A stretch of 64,000 bases of DNA from Macrostomum lignano. Its lineage: Eukaryota. A program made the translations under genes and the position numbers. Shown here in pieces: positions 22,761 to 36,274 of the stretch. Every line of letters begins with the position of its first letter. Within the stretch, counting starts at the first letter, position 1. Location of the stretch: positions 1 through 64,000 of the forward strand of contig NIVC01003225.1 in the NCBI GenBank assembly GCA_002269645.1, read 5' to 3'. Under the pieces are notes generated by a model, which made no database searches, was not told where the DNA came from, and saw only the letters and a program-made list of their open reading frames with translations.

Positions 22761-23903
22761 CAACTTTTCAATGTTGCTGAGTATATATAAAATTTTAAAC
22801 AGTAAATAATTGTTTTGAAAGTTAGTCAAATGGTGTAGGACCAAGACCGCCACACACCAAGACCGCCACACTTGGGGGAGCTAGGGGGAGGAATTTGGCT
22901 CGCCATGTTATTGGATGGTGCTGGGGGAGGGGTGAGATGGGGACGACAAGGCCGCGAGAGAGGAACCGGTGAGCGGGCCGGGCGGACCTGAGTGAGCCTT
23001 CCTCGTTTTTTCATTCAATTTGAATTGTAAAGGAACTATCAATCCTAAATAAACAGCTACTATTAGTAGAAAGCTGTGAAAAAAGGCTCTTGACTTAACT
23101 GCATTCTTAATTCGCAGTTTCGAATGTGGTCCTTGAGTTGGTTATCATTGGTATAATTTGTTATAATGTGAGTTTTCATGTGTGATTCGAGCATGTCCGA
23201 TTGCCAATGCAAATTTGCCAATTCGATCGCAGGCAGGCAGGCTAACATGCACTTGTATTTAGAGGTTACGGGATGGTGAGTCGTGCAGCCATACCGTTTT
23301 TATTACGTGTACATGTACAGGCTTCCTATAAAAACGACACTAAAGTAGTCCGTGATTTGTACGAGCTGGGCCTCGATCGAGTTGTACGAGGCCTGTTATA
23401 AGCAGCTTTCATGCTCACTTTAAATCACTCAATCACTAACTCACTCACTCTCTCACCCTCTACATGTATCTTACTCGCTCACTCACTCACTTGCACACTG
23501 ATCACTCACTCAAAAGTTACTCTAATCGCTCTTAATACAATCAAAATGTATGGCACGAAAATGCATGCACATCACATGTACAGTAATCGTTTACTTTGAT
23601 TTCGGATGTTCTCCCTGTTTAATAAAAAATACGTTCTAAAACTATTTGAACGAATATTAGCTACAATTGTACATTTGTACTGTACATCACATTGGCTACC
23701 AGTGTATACTCGTGCATGTAACATGCAGTTCTGATCCCTACCATACAACAGACGGACAGTCATATCGCTACACTTGATTTTAATTTACCATGCAATCAAT
23801 TGGCAATGATCGACCTGGTACACAGTATGTGCATTGTGTGATAGATACATGTATATCCATGCTCTGTACAGCTAAATTGGATCAGGAAATCATCTCTCGA
23901 GGT

Positions 23904-24928
23904 CAGGGGTGGTCGGAACCAGGGGTCACGGGGGGCTGGAGCCCCCCCCCACTTTTTAGCATGATCCATCAAGTGCCCTTTTTGAATTTTAAGCAAGTGT
24001 CGGCCGGTTTTCGGCTTTGGCTTTTCTGAGTCTTGGAAGCTAAGGGCTGATATAATAGTTAATGTTGTTCTCAATCCCATTCACTACAGTTTTATCTAAT
24101 GTGCCTAAGCCTAGTGCTTTTAGTGCAGGGGTCAGCAAACTTTTTACCTCAAGGGCCAGATTAAGAACCTAGCGTGGCGCAATGACTGCCCTTCTGGGTC
24201 TGCTTCCGTGGGCCCCCTAAGCGAAACGTGCCCAGGAGTCCCTGATGATTGCAGGCAAGAGAAGGGAGAGGCTAGGGAATAAAGGAGAAGAGAGTAGACG
24301 AGAAAAGAGATAAAATAGGAGAGGGGAGATGAATGAGGAGAGTCGAGATATAAGAGAGAGGAGAGAACGAGGGAAGGGAGAAGAGAATGGAGAGGAAAAG
24401 GGAGATGAGAGCTGATACGAGCTAAGAGAGGAGAGGAGATGATAAGAGAGGAGAGATGAGAGGAGAGAACAGAGAAGAGTGGAGAGGAGAGGAGAGGAGA
24501 GGAGAGGAGAGGAGAGGAGATAGGTGAGGAGAGGAGAGGAGAGGAGAGGAGAGGAGAGGAGAGGAGAGGAGAGGAGAGGAGAGGAGATAGGTGAGGAGAG
24601 GAGAGGAGAGGAGAGGAGAGGAGAGGAGAGGAGAGGAGAGGAGAGGAGATAGGTGAGGAGAGGAGGGGAGAGGAGAGGAGAGGAGAGGAGATAGGTGAGG
24701 AGAGGAGAGGAGAGGAGAGGAGAGGAGAGGAGAGGAGAGGAGAGGAGAGGAGAGGAGAGGAGATAGGTGAGGAGAGGAGAGGAGAGGAGAGGAGAGGAGA
24801 GGACAATTTCACAAACTGATATAGCTAACATCAGGAGTTTGGGTGCCCTTAGATTAAAAGAAATTATGTGCAATGTGCCCTCCCAACAATAGCCCCCCCC
24901 CACTTTGAAATATTTTCCGACACTGCTG
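23904..24928. mobile_element. hAT-type MITE nested in the MULE, containing a second CAGGGGTCAGCAAAC-type end and a (GGAGA)n tract
   Basis: Ends CAGGGGTGGTCGGAA / TTCCGACACTGCTG; 8 bp TSD CTCGAGGT at 23896-23903 and 24929-24936. Confidence 0.8.
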
Positions 24929-24939
24929 CTCGAGGTCTC

Positions 24940-25510
24940 TCTTTAATTCTCTCACACTCTCTCCACTCTCACCCTCTCTCCACTCTCACCCTCTCTCCAC
25001 TCTCACCCTCTCTCCACTCTCACCCTCCCTCCACTCTCACCCTCCCTCCACTCTCACCCTCTCTCCACTCTCACCCTCTCTCCACTCTCACCCTCTGTCC
25101 ACTCTCACCATCCCTCTACTCTCACCCTCTCTCCACTTTCAGCCTCTCTTTACTCTCAGCCTCTACTCTCAGTCTCTTTCAACTCTCACCCTCTCTCCAC
25201 TTTCAGCCTCTCTTTCAACTCTCACCCTCTCTCTACTCTCACTCTCTCTCCACTCTCACCCTCTCTCCACTCTCACCCTCTCTCCACTCTCACCCTCTCT
25301 CCACTCTCACTCTCTCTCCACTCTCACCCTCTCTCCACTCTCACCCTCTCTCCACTCTCACCCTCCCTCTACTCTCACCCTCTCTCCACTTTCAGCCTCT
25401 CTTTACTCTCAGCCTCTACTCTCAGTCTCTTTCAACTCTCACCCTCTCTCCACTTTCAGCCTCTCTTTCAACTCTCACCCTCTCTCCACTCTCACTCTCT
25501 ATCCACTCTC
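24940..25510. repeat. CT-rich minisatellite (CTCTCACCCTCTCTCCA)n
   Basis: Tandem 17 bp units, directly visible. Confidence 0.9.
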
Positions 25511-25772
25511 CGAGAAACAATGGGTGAGAAACAGTGGGTGAAACAGTGGGTGAAACAGTGGGTGAAACAGTGGGTAAGAAACGCTCTTCCAAAAATGCCA
25601 GAACTCTCATTGGCTGGGCGCTCATCAAATAGCAGTTATCCTCCACTGATACGGCCCCGAATTTGAATTTTCTGTTTATCTATAATTGTATTAGAATAGC
25701 ATATCTATACAATAAAAACTGATTATCTGATATCGGAGCTTAAATAGTTTTTGATCAAGAAATATCATTAAA

Positions 25773-27631
25773 ATGGCAGGTGCATACCCATGTGTAGTGT
25801 GTGTACAGCCTGTTGTCAATGGAGAAGAAGCCATTGAGTGCTCGCAGTGTAGCGAATGGCAGCATCGTGCGTGTAACAGTCGCGTTACACCGGAGCAGTA
25901 CGCTGCGATGAAACGTGTACGCGAGTTTTTCTGGCTGTGCAACCGATGCCTTAGGCCAACTACAGGTGTGCCTTCATCTGCACCCTCAGCTGCCCCAGCA
26001 GCTACTGTGCCACCAACCTTTCCAGGATCAGGACCAGGGGTGAGCCTATTGACCTAGAGGAGCCATTGCTTCCAGTCCCTCATGTAGAAGTGGAAGAGAG
26101 GTTTTTATTTCAGTATCCCGATTTCGCTGACGCTGAACCTGTGCTCGAAGAATCAATTCACGAGCCTCCAGCAGAGTTGGCGCCGCCTCGTAGCCCACCT
26201 CCGCAGGCTTTTGAGCATTTTCCAGGTGCTGGATTCAGCCACGGCAAAGACTTGCTGGTGCAGTACGTCAGGCGTGATCTTGGCCGCTTGATGCATGTCA
26301 AGAGCCGGCGAAACGGCAACACTTACTACCGTTGCAACAAAACTGCACCGAAATGCCTGGGCTCAGCCGTCAAGCGACAAGACGGAACCATTGAAGCCTT
26401 GAAAGAGCACACCTGCGATCCAGTCGATCAGCCAGTTAAAAAACGACGTATTGCAGCTCAGGTAAAAGCGGAAGCAAAGCGAGCGCCATTCAAATCTGCT
26501 CGCATCATCGCTGAGGAGAAAGTAAGAGAGCTCCCCCAAGAAGTGCAGGCAGTGATTAATATAGATTCCTTAAGTCGCAATGCTAATTATTCTCGTAAAA
26601 AAAGCCGCCCCGCGGAGCCAGCTAACATCCATTTTCAGGTTGATCCCGAGCACGTGCCCCCAGAGTTCCATTTGCAGGACGTTACTGTGCCAGAGACAAA
26701 TGGACGGCACTTTGTCTTCATGTCTGCGACACAACGGGAGATCCTGTCCACACGACGCATTCTGCACTGCGATGGCACATTCGGCATTGTCAAGGCGCCT
26801 TTCATGCAGCTGTACAGCCTTCATGGAGCCATTCGCTGCAACAATCAAGAGCGTCTGGTACCACTGGCATTCTTTCTGATGTCAGGTAAGGCTCAGGCTG
26901 ACTACCAAGCCTGCTTCCGGCAGGTATGGGAGTTGACTGGTAATGCACCTGTCCAATTTATCTGCGACTTTGAGTCGGCCGCCTGGCAAGCCATTCGGCT
27001 AGTTTATCCAGCAGCCCAAGTTCGTGGCTGCTTTTTTCATTACTGCCAGGCTGTTTTCAGGCGAGTCCAGTCTCTTGGATTGCAGGTGCAGTATGCGACT
27101 TCCCCTGCGGTAAAGTTATTAGTACGCATGCTGCTTTCGATTCCTTGTCTGCCGGCTCCTTGCATGCTAGATGGCCTTGCAGCCTGCACTGCAATGGCAG
27201 GAGAGAATCAGCGCCTTCTAGAGCTAACGGAATACGTGCGTGCAACCTGGCTACAGCACCCTGTGTGGGACCGGGATGCCATTTGCGTCTTTGAGCGGTT
27301 CACAAGGACGAACAATGCCGTGGAGGCTTGGCACGCGCAGCTCAACAAGCGTGGAGAGAAAGCGCTTAATTTCTATCTTCTGCTGACCCTGCTTCAGCGT
27401 GATGCAGAGCGGGTGCAACGTCTGCTGCAGCAAGTTCATCAAGGCCAAGCTGTCACGCACCACCAGCAAGTACATGCTAGGTACGCGCGAGTGAATGTCT
27501 GCTTTGAGACATTCTGCCGACACCTGAGAGAGGGCACTATGTCGATTGCAGCATTTCTCCGGGCCTGCAGCCATATTCATGCGCAACCTGGATGGCAGCA
27601 AGAGGGCGAGAATGATGCGCAGCAGAATTGA
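25773..27631 (+). CDS. PHD finger - FLYWCH-like zinc finger - MULE DDE transposase (about 619 aa; one frameshift near 26040)
   Basis: CVVC...IECSQCSEWQHRAC...WLCNRC PHD; YYRCNK...C...HTC zinc finger; catalytic CDGTF, CDFE and TNNAVEAWH plus CFFH. Adding one G to GGGG at 26037-26040 joins the two ORFs (GGEPIDLEEPLLPV). Confidence 0.9.
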
Positions 27632-27748
27632 TCGCGATCTCTCCGTTTTGCCTGATTCAAGTGGAAACTTTTAATAATTAACCATTTTACTTAAATCGAG
27701 TTATAAATCTCAATTCATTGCTTGCTTAGCAAATAGCTCCCTCATTAT

Positions 27749-28085
27749 CATTTTTCGCACACCATTATATTCTGCACTTTTATTTCAGTCCATATGCGGC
27801 GCACAGGTAAAGCTATTAATTATTACCCTCTAAATGCCATCATTTTTCGCATGCCATTACATTCTGCACTTTTATTTCAGTCCATATGCGGCGCACAGGT
27901 AAAGCTATTAATTATTACCCTCTAAATGCCATCATTTTTCGCATGCCATTACATTCTGCACTTTTATTTCAGTCCATATGCGGCGCACAGGTAAAGCTAT
28001 TAATTATTACCTTCTAAATGCCATCATTTTTCGCATGCCATTACATTCTGCACTTTTATTTCAGTCCATATGCGGCCCACAGGTA
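27749..28085. repeat. 92 bp tandem repeat, about 3.5 copies, 3' of the transposase
   Basis: TTCTGCACTTTTATTTCAG at 27770, 27862, 27954 and 28046. Confidence 0.9.
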
Positions 28086-30764
28086 AAAAAGAAAAAATCT
28101 GCGTATTCGCTAAATTTGCTTGCATCTTATCCACTGCCCCTCCAGTTTTATTTCACTGCACCCTGCACTTCACTGCACTCACTGCAAAAGATTTGGATAG
28201 TAACGGATTTTTTACGAGGGGCCGGCGTTAGAGATATAGCTATCAAATATTTCAAAATAGCTGCGGGTATTCAATATAGTGTGATCAGATTGAATTCAAT
28301 TAAATTCTGAGCAACGTACGAGGGTATGTGGGCGTGGCATCTACATTGCAGTTGGTGTTCCCATGTGTAATAGTGCAACCAAGCGAGGTCCCTGGAGCTG
28401 GTAAGTTTGGTATATTTTGAAGAGATGTCAGAATTGTCAAAATCAGTATTTATCGATCAGTACCCTTTGAAAAATGCATGAACATGTAGCTCACACTGTA
28501 CCTGTGCAAAGTTGCCGCAGTGCGCGAGAGTAAAGGATATTTGCATTTAAAAATCGGAGGCAAAAGATCAAATGTGTGAAAAATTCTGTAATTTATTATA
28601 GTGCCTGAAATTCAGAAATGAATTAAAAGCGAGAGAGTGAGTGAGTGAGTGAGTGAGTAAGAGAGTGAGAGTGAGAGAGTGTGTCAGTGTGGGAGTGGGT
28701 GTGAAATGAGTGAGACAGAGAGAGTGAGAGTGAGAGAGATTGAGATCTCTTAACCCCTCTCCATATATTCTCTCATTACATGTGCATGTAAATTTACTCT
28801 CATCCCCTCCCTTTGCTTTCTCCGAAATTCCCGGCTTTGAGTACACAATGAAATACACACAGTGCTCGTGCTCGTACATTTCCAGACATGTAACATATCA
28901 TAGGCATTGGGCCTAAGATGCGCTTTTTCTGTTATGTGAGTGAACGATAGTTGTTAACTTGCTTTCGTCAAAATACATGTAAACCTTCGTCAAAATGAAT
29001 GACACCTCTAAATCCACATACCATAGCACATATCAAGACGCTTAGATTTGTTTGTCCGTAATGCACTACGCACCCAGACGCCGAATATACGAATGTGCGA
29101 GCTCGTAAAAAACTTTTCAAATTACAGCAACCTGCAATTGCATTTTGAGAGGCGCTTTTTGAAAGTGAAGTTAAATCTAATTACTCAAGCTTTTGCTCTC
29201 AAAAGCATTATTCATGCTCATCTACTGCTAAAAGTAACAATATGTGGTTTTGTTAAAGATATTGGTAAAATTGCCTGGTTGACTTGCAATCGTTTTGGGC
29301 CACTTATTCGTGACCAATCTTGGGACGCTTCCTCCTCATCTAACTCCACAACCCATCACAACCAATAGCAATGCTGGAAGATTAGTAGCTCCCCCTCAAT
29401 TCCAGTAGCCAGTAAGAGCTGTGGCGGTCTTGGTGTGTGGCGGTCTTGGTCATGCGCCAGTCAAATATTCCCAAAAAAGGTTTCTATGTTTTTAATGTGT
29501 TTGAATTTGAATGCCCCTATAACTAAGGGCTTAATGTGCTAGGCCTAGTGAATACTAAAATACACTCATCATATTTATAGTTCAATTGAAACTACTACTT
29601 AATGCAAATGCACATAATGTGGAAATTTTGAACATTTTAACCTTCAACACATTTTAGCCTACTTGCACTGCCCGCCTTGTTATTTTTTTATTAGTTTTTT
29701 TTGAAAAAATTGATTTTTTTCAATTGTTTATTTTACAACAGACTATAATCACAAAACTTTTGGCAAAACAAACAGATTTCTTTCAGCAAATTGACCTTTT
29801 TAGCAAATAACAAATTGATTTGCTATTCTACTCATACACTGACTAAACACTGCCAGCTTGCACGCTGGTCTAGTACTCCACACAAATTTATTGATCTCTG
29901 GGCTTAGGTTCTACTTCTACTTTATGTTATATGAAGTTCCAGAATTTTCAAACAGGCTTCTAAGGCTAGCAATACAACTAAGTTACTACTTACTAACCAT
30001 GTTGTTGCCGAGCTGTTGGCCTTGCTGTTGCTCTTAGTGATGTGATAAAAAACAAATAATTATAGGCCCTACTACTGCTACATATTTAATATTAAAAATA
30101 CTACAAAAATTATCAAATATAACTGTATCAAGGCAAGAGGCAACAGACAGATAGACCTCTTTATGGTAATGAAAGTTTTAACTTTCGAACAAAGAAATGT
30201 AATTTCAATTGTGGAAAATATTTCGTGTAAAAGTAACAATAAAAGCAACAAATCGATATTCACAAAAATTAAACTTTGAGAAGTATCTGTTGTATAGCAG
30301 TTCTACTTATTAACATAGATAATTTCATTTTTCGTTTTGTTATTTTTGTTACGGTAGAGTCTTTACAAAAAAAACCCGTTTAGCAAAAATTTATTCATTT
30401 CAACGACTGCTACTACCTTCTAGGACGTGACTCGTAAGCAAAATGCATAGCGAAGAGCGCAAATACCAAATGAAAACTTCACAACGGGTTAAATTTTAAT
30501 TAAGAGAGTTGATACGTCTGTTCCGTCAATTTGTTGCGGTTAATTTTTCAAATGTAAACTTTCTTAGAACTTCCCGTTAGTCAATTAACAGAAATAAACA
30601 AAAAATCTGATGCGGATATGGTAGGACCCTGTCTGCTGTGGTTCCTGATATCCAGAAGAGAAGTAACTGCAGAGAACTGAAGAGAACTAAAAATGTTTCT
30701 TTAGCAGCAAACAGTTAACAAAACACGCGAAGGCATCATGCTAATTTGAATTGTTGCATGCATG

Positions 30765-31650
30765 CCTTGCCGACGGATATACATGTCACAACAACAACAA
30801 AAACAAATTACGCAGCCCCGCAAGCAAAGTCACAAAGCAAGGTGCGTCAGATGGCGCCCCGCAGAGCCTGAGAGCGGACAAAGTGTCGGTAATGTCGGGC
30901 GCCCCAGCGTCGCAGAGCAGGCAGTCCACGTATCGACGGGTTCGGGCCTGACCCCGCCTGAACGGGCTCTGCAAGGTGAGCTGGACGTCCTGAACAGGTT
31001 GGGGGCAGTAGCCCTCGGCCCGGATCACGTGGCCCGCCAGTTGAAGTCGCCGCCGGCGCAGGATGATGAACGGGCGCTGCAGCTTGGCCCGATCGTAAAG
31101 GGCCTCGGTCCCGACGCTCTCGTCAGCTCGCAAGGCCGCACGGAGCAGCCCTGAGTGCGCTGAGTCCAGCTGCCGCTCTGTAGCGTAGCCGTCAGCGTCC
31201 ACGTCTCGGCGTTGTAGAACTGGACGGTTTCGACCACCGCCAGCTGCCACAGCCGAGCCCTATGGCGGTCAGGCAGCCCCTTCAGAGTCCGGACGGCCGT
31301 CCACACTGCCGGGCTCTTCACGTCAGGGCTGGCTGCAGTGGTAGACCAGACGGCGTCGTCGACAGCGGCCTGCTGCCGCTCATCTAGAAGGCGCTCAAAC
31401 GCGTCTTCAGCGTCGCCCGTGGGCCGCCGGTTTCTGCGGAGTCGCTCGGTGTTGAGCCGCGCCTGCCTGATGGTCGGGTCGATCTGCCAGACGGGCAGCA
31501 ATTTCTGCGCTGGCTGTCTCTGCGCTGGCGAGACGGTCTGCTCCACAGCGGCTCTAACGGCGGTGCTGATGTCGGAATACTCCGCCTCGCACTGGTCTCC
31601 AAGCGCGCCGACGAAGGCGCCGGCGAATTGACGCTTCACGCGGGTGTCCG
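30765..31650 (-). mobile_element. RTE-like LINE 3' fragment, internally deleted
   Basis: YNAETWTL, RRRRLQLAGHVIR C-terminal motifs and a (TTG)n tail. Same family as 40590-41520. Confidence 0.75.
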
Positions 31651-33104
31651 ACAGAGCGCGATAGCTCTAGACATGTAGCTCTAGATCTACATGTACTTCG
31701 TCTGTGAAATGCACATGTATCAGAAACATGTTCTAGAAGTTTTAGAAGTCGAGAATAAGCATATAAAATTACCTTTCCTGCTTTATAATTATTACTTGCA
31801 AACCATGCGAAAGAAAAAACTGCCGCGATTATATACATTTAATTCCCATTTAGTGCATGCCATAGTATAAAAATAACATTGTCCATCACGTTTACTTAAC
31901 TTGTTTCTGGCGTAAAATTGGCTTGCAGAAATTATATAGCAGGAATCCAGGGAACGCGCGGCCGAGGAGCCTTGAGTATTTAATAATATCGCTGGCTCGG
32001 ATCAAAGATGGTCTTGGATACGCAGTACTTTAACTTTGAATTTTTCGTGCATGGCTCTTTCAATATTTACATTGTAAACATGGCTAAGTACAGCGGGATC
32101 GAGGGACCAAGACAGGAATCGACGATCGGGGCCTGGGAGAGGCCAGACTATGGGACCAGCTTTGGGTGCACTAGGAGAGACGTACTGTACATATGTTCTA
32201 CATTTAATCGATCGGCACACCGTGTCAAGGGACTGCAAACACGGTACACACACTCACAATAAAATACAAATTAAGAGAAACGCCAAACAGAAAGCAGCCA
32301 CTTACGCAAAATACATGCGAGCGTACATATAGCACAACAAACCTCGTACGGCGAACAGTAAATCTAGCGCGCGTCGAACCAACACGTCACAAATACATAT
32401 ACACAAAATATAGGGACTGAGGTAAAAAGATCGAATACGAGTATGGCGGGATTACGTAACCTTTTCTAAGAAAAAATCGTTTTTTTAGAAAAAAATTTAT
32501 ATTTCCTTGTTGTCCTATATTGTGAGACGAGGGCGGAGACGTGACCTTTGAGACGAATTCTCAAAATTTACAAAACAAATACCATGCCAGTACGTCGACG
32601 ATATGCAGTTGGCCTATCGACATCGCTGACAAATGGATACACGTACTTTTGCATACACCAGCGTTTGCATAGCGAACGTCGCCATTCGTCGTGGCACGTC
32701 GATAGTACGTCGGCGGACGTCGGATTAGTAAAGGCGGCTTTTTTAATGTTAAAGAATTTATTGTTGGCCCAACATTTAATGCCTGTGTAAAGTCATGTAG
32801 AAAGTTTGATCATTTTAGCGATTTACCAGCTGCATGCCTGCAGCTTCAAAAAGTTACGTCATGTGTGTTATTTATAGCTGCATGGATTTCTCGCAGAGAA
32901 TCCGCAGTTGCTTCCTTTCTACGCCACAGACAAAATTAATTATAAGATAATCCTCACTTGATTTCGTTGTCTATGGCCTAGAACGACTTTGGACTGCGCT
33001 TCTAGGCCGAGGCGAAGCTTCTAGGCCTCGGCTTCGTCCTTAGCCGTTCCTAGGCCAGAATAAGATCAGAAAAGCTTCAGTTGTGTGTAGCTTGGTACCG
33101 AATA

Positions 33105-34466
33105 TGGGTGACATCTCTGCTGCTGTCGTTGTTGAAGCCCCGCATATGGAGATTTCGCCGGACCTAGTGGATTTCATCCTGAAGCCCGGGGATAACGCTG
33201 GACCTATTGAAGCCGCTCTCACTGGCCGGTTTGAGCAACTTTCGGAGAATGAAATTGCCAGACACATTGAAGAGACCGTGCCGAAGACCACCAAGAAAAA
33301 GGCGCAGTGGGCCTTTTCCGTCTTCCGCGAGTGGCATGACGAGAAGAAGCGTGCCTGGGCAAATGGGTGAAGGCCCGTCACTTATGGTTCTCGCTGAGCT
33401 GGAGGATGCTAGCAAATGTGACCTGAATTACCTGCTGAAATTTTTTGTTATGGAGGCCCGGAACAAAGATGGTGAGCGCTACTCTGCGCCGACGCTGAAG
33501 GATCTGTATTCAATGCTACAGTATCACTGGCAAAACACGTTTAAGAAGAATTGGAGCTTCTGGCTTGACAAAGAGTTCGCCGACAGTAAACGTGCTCTAG
33601 ATGCCGCCATGAAAATCTCGACCAAGGCTGGAAAGGGTGCAGGATTGCGGAAGGCAGATGTGATCCCCGAGTCTATTGAAGAGAAGCTTTGGATCGAAGG
33701 TGTGCTTGGAGTGAAGGAACCCAAGATGCTGGTGATCACGCTTGTTTGGCTCGTTGGCAAACATTTTGCATTGCGTGGTGGCCAGGAGTTACGAGATCTG
33801 CTGTTCGATCGCCAAATCAAGCTTGAGACAGTTGACGATGAAGAGTATCTGAAGTATGTGGACAATGCCGTGACCAAAACTCATCAGGGCGGCTTACAAG
33901 GACTACGAAGGGACCCCAAAGTCGTTCGTACTTTCCACACTGAGAATCACCAAAAATGCATTGTGGGTCTACAAGCAGTACGTCTCTGTGCGTCCTAATG
34001 AGTGCAACGAGGCGCTGTTTCTGGGATGGAATCGAAACTGGAATGGCCAGCCTGGATCTGCCTGGTTGACAAGGGCACCGATTGGACGTCATTCATTGGC
34101 AACCGTCGTCAAGGACGCCGTGGCCGTGGTTGCTCCCTCTGACACTGGACGCTACTCGAATCAGAGTCTCCGTAAGAGTTGCACAACCCGCCTCCGCGAG
34201 GCTGGTTGGAACGGGCGGATATCTGCCGTGTGACTGGCCACAGCTCCAGTGCAGTGGAGAAGTACATCGGTACCTCGGTGACCATGGAGAAACGCACGAG
34301 TGCACTGTTGAGTGGTTCCTCAACCGGCCAACCGGTGAGTGAGTCTCGGGTGACTGCGGCGCAGGTGCAAGTGCCCTTGCCTCCTCTGGAGGTGCAGGCT
34401 CCTACGAAGAAAATGCGCATAGAGGCTTTTGGAGACAGGAACAGAGTGGTGTTCCACTTTAATTAG
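33105..34466 (+). CDS. Crypton-type tyrosine recombinase (KCTD1/ZMYM DUF3504-like), three frameshifts
   Basis: TTKKKAQWAFSVFREW; LKFFVMEARNKDGERYSAPTL; FALRGGQELRDL; KTHQGGL; SNQSLRKSCTTRL; TGHSSSAVEKY. Frame switches near 33345, 33968 and 34208. Confidence 0.88.
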
Positions 34467-34872
34467 TTTCATCCTCCCTCCTTCGCTGACTCCCTCTGAC
34501 GCTCTCTGATACAAGACTGCTTATAACTGTTCGTTGTTAGATTTTTCACTTTCGATCCCCATTTGTTGCTATTCAGTTTAGTGAAACCGGTCTTGTTTCA
34601 AAATTATAACAGCATCTTTGTGTTTCTACCATAGACAATTATTTCTTGGCCTCCAAGAAACGCCTGATGGGAGTCTCAACTCATTTGAAAGAGTGTTTTT
34701 AGCCATAGACAATTATTTCTTGGAGTCCAAGAAATGAAAATACACAGAGGAGATAGGCAGCTGGCCGGGCCAAAGCGGGGATTAAATAGCTATCTACATC
34801 CGAGACTGTTAACCAATATTTTCCCAACCCTATATGCTATAAGTTCCGCAAGCAAATATTCAACAACTGACA

Positions 34873-35080
34873 ATGTCGCAGTACATGTATTTGGTGCCTG
34901 ATAGAGGAAAATGCAGTGACTGCAACAATTCAGCAGAATTGCAAGAGATCGAAATTTCCTTGATTAGTGCGCCGGTTCTCGCAGTCGATGCACTCCAGGT
35001 AGCATTCTGTCTCTTGGCTAGCCAATCCGTCGCTAAAAATACTACTAGTTCTTCATCGCCAACTGACCTATCAGACAAGG
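34873..35080 (+). CDS. Candidate upstream exon of the TNF-like gene
   Basis: ATG-initiated ORF ending in AAGG|GTAAGC (phase 1), compatible with the acceptor at 37801-37802. No homology recognised. Confidence 0.3.
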
Positions 35081-35609
35081 GTAAGCTGAACTTCAGTCTA
35101 TATTTAGCTGTCTGTAGTTACAATTATGGAACCAATTCTTCAGCAGTTTCTTCTGGCTTTCTGCTTGGTTCTGCCTGACATATATAGAAAGCCTAAAAAT
35201 AGACTGATTTTAAAACTTTTGTTTAAATATATATTTAGGAACTATACATCGATCTGGGATTAACCAAAAAGTACTGCTGAGTCATCGCAGTTCACTCTTC
35301 TCTATTATCTTTGCTAAAATTCATCAAAATGCTTCATTTGAGGACTATGACCACGAGAACTGTTCTCCGGGGACAACAATACGTTTACAGTGTAGTTCAG
35401 TGTCTTACAGTTTACTGGCTCAAAGTTCTATGTCAAGGCTCTGGGTCTCAAGATTCTAGTTATGAATAAATAATTGGTCTCGGCTTTGGTCTTTAGCCTT
35501 TGCGATTGAACATGAACATTACAGTCTTTATGGGTTTGAGAGTCGGTATGCAACAGCCTTTTTTGTCAGTTCCAACGTTCTAACAAATTATCAATGCTGT
35601 TACCACTGC

Positions 35610-35810
35610 TGTAGCCTAGTGGTTAGAGCGTCGGACTCACGACTTGAAAGTCGGAGGTTCGATTCCTGATCCCAATGGACCAATTTGTGTCCTTGAGGAA
35701 GACACTTAACTCTGCATTGCTTCAGTTCACCCAGCTGTAAAATGGGTGCCAGCATTAGCTGGGGTAATTGAGGGTGTGTGGCGACCCCCCCAGTCCTTGG
35801 ACTGGACAGC
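35610..35810 (+). mobile_element. tRNA-derived SINE with CORE-like domain
   Basis: A box TAGCCTAGTGG, B box GGTTCGATTCC, then GGAAGACACTTAACTCTGCATTGCTTCAGTTCACCCAGCTGTAAAATGGG, resembling the MIR CORE (GGCAAGTCACTTAACCTCT...CCTCAGTTTCCTCATCTGTAAAATGGG). Confidence 0.8.
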
Positions 35811-36274
35811 AGCACGCAGCCTTCAGATGCGCCGCGCAATAGCTGCGGCTGAGCTGTCGGTTGCACGTACCAGCAACAGATCGAAAGAGCTGCAGCCTCG
35901 GCAGTCAACTGCTGCGCCTACAAGACGTGGCGATCTGTTGAGCGCATTCGCCGCGGCAACGGACGCTCTACGCAGGCACAAGTCAGCGTGTCCATCGAAT
36001 GCCTGGAGAGAAACACTCGTTGGCAGGTGGTCAGGCTCAGTGACTGAGAGAGAAAACCGAATTGCGGGTTTGAGAACTTGACGATCGGAGATTACGGCGG
36101 CCTGAAGTCTAATTTTGCTGCAAAATTGCATTTGGGACACTGGAATTTATTCAGATTTAAGTCGACAATTTATCGACAGCCTCTGAATTTCCACGAAAAG
36201 GCTCATGCATTGAAATTGGCATAGATTTGATTTACGAGCTTGTCAATTTAAATGTCGAAAAAACACAGTTCCCT

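Larger units (their letters stand above)
22832..29458 (+). mobile_element. Mutator-like (MULE) DNA transposon, 6.6 kb
   Basis: TIR core GACCAAGACCGCCACACACCAAGACCGCCACA at both ends. 8 bp TSD AGTCAAAT at 22824-22831 and 29459-29466. Degenerate subterminal symmetry (CTCA-rich about 23420-23510, TGAG-rich about 28630-28740). Internal transposase. Confidence 0.9.

Noticed and set aside
24144-25646. Long SSPLL / TLSPL ORFs (also at 36227-36788 and 38121-38399)
   Set aside because: Microsatellite translations.
26040-26057. 18 nt GT-AG intron joining PHD and transposase
   Set aside because: Too short for splicing; a 1-nt frameshift gives a more natural protein.
34860-35078. Minus-strand 72 aa ORF
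   Set aside because: No family recognised; the plus strand has the better splice signal. Neither is certain.
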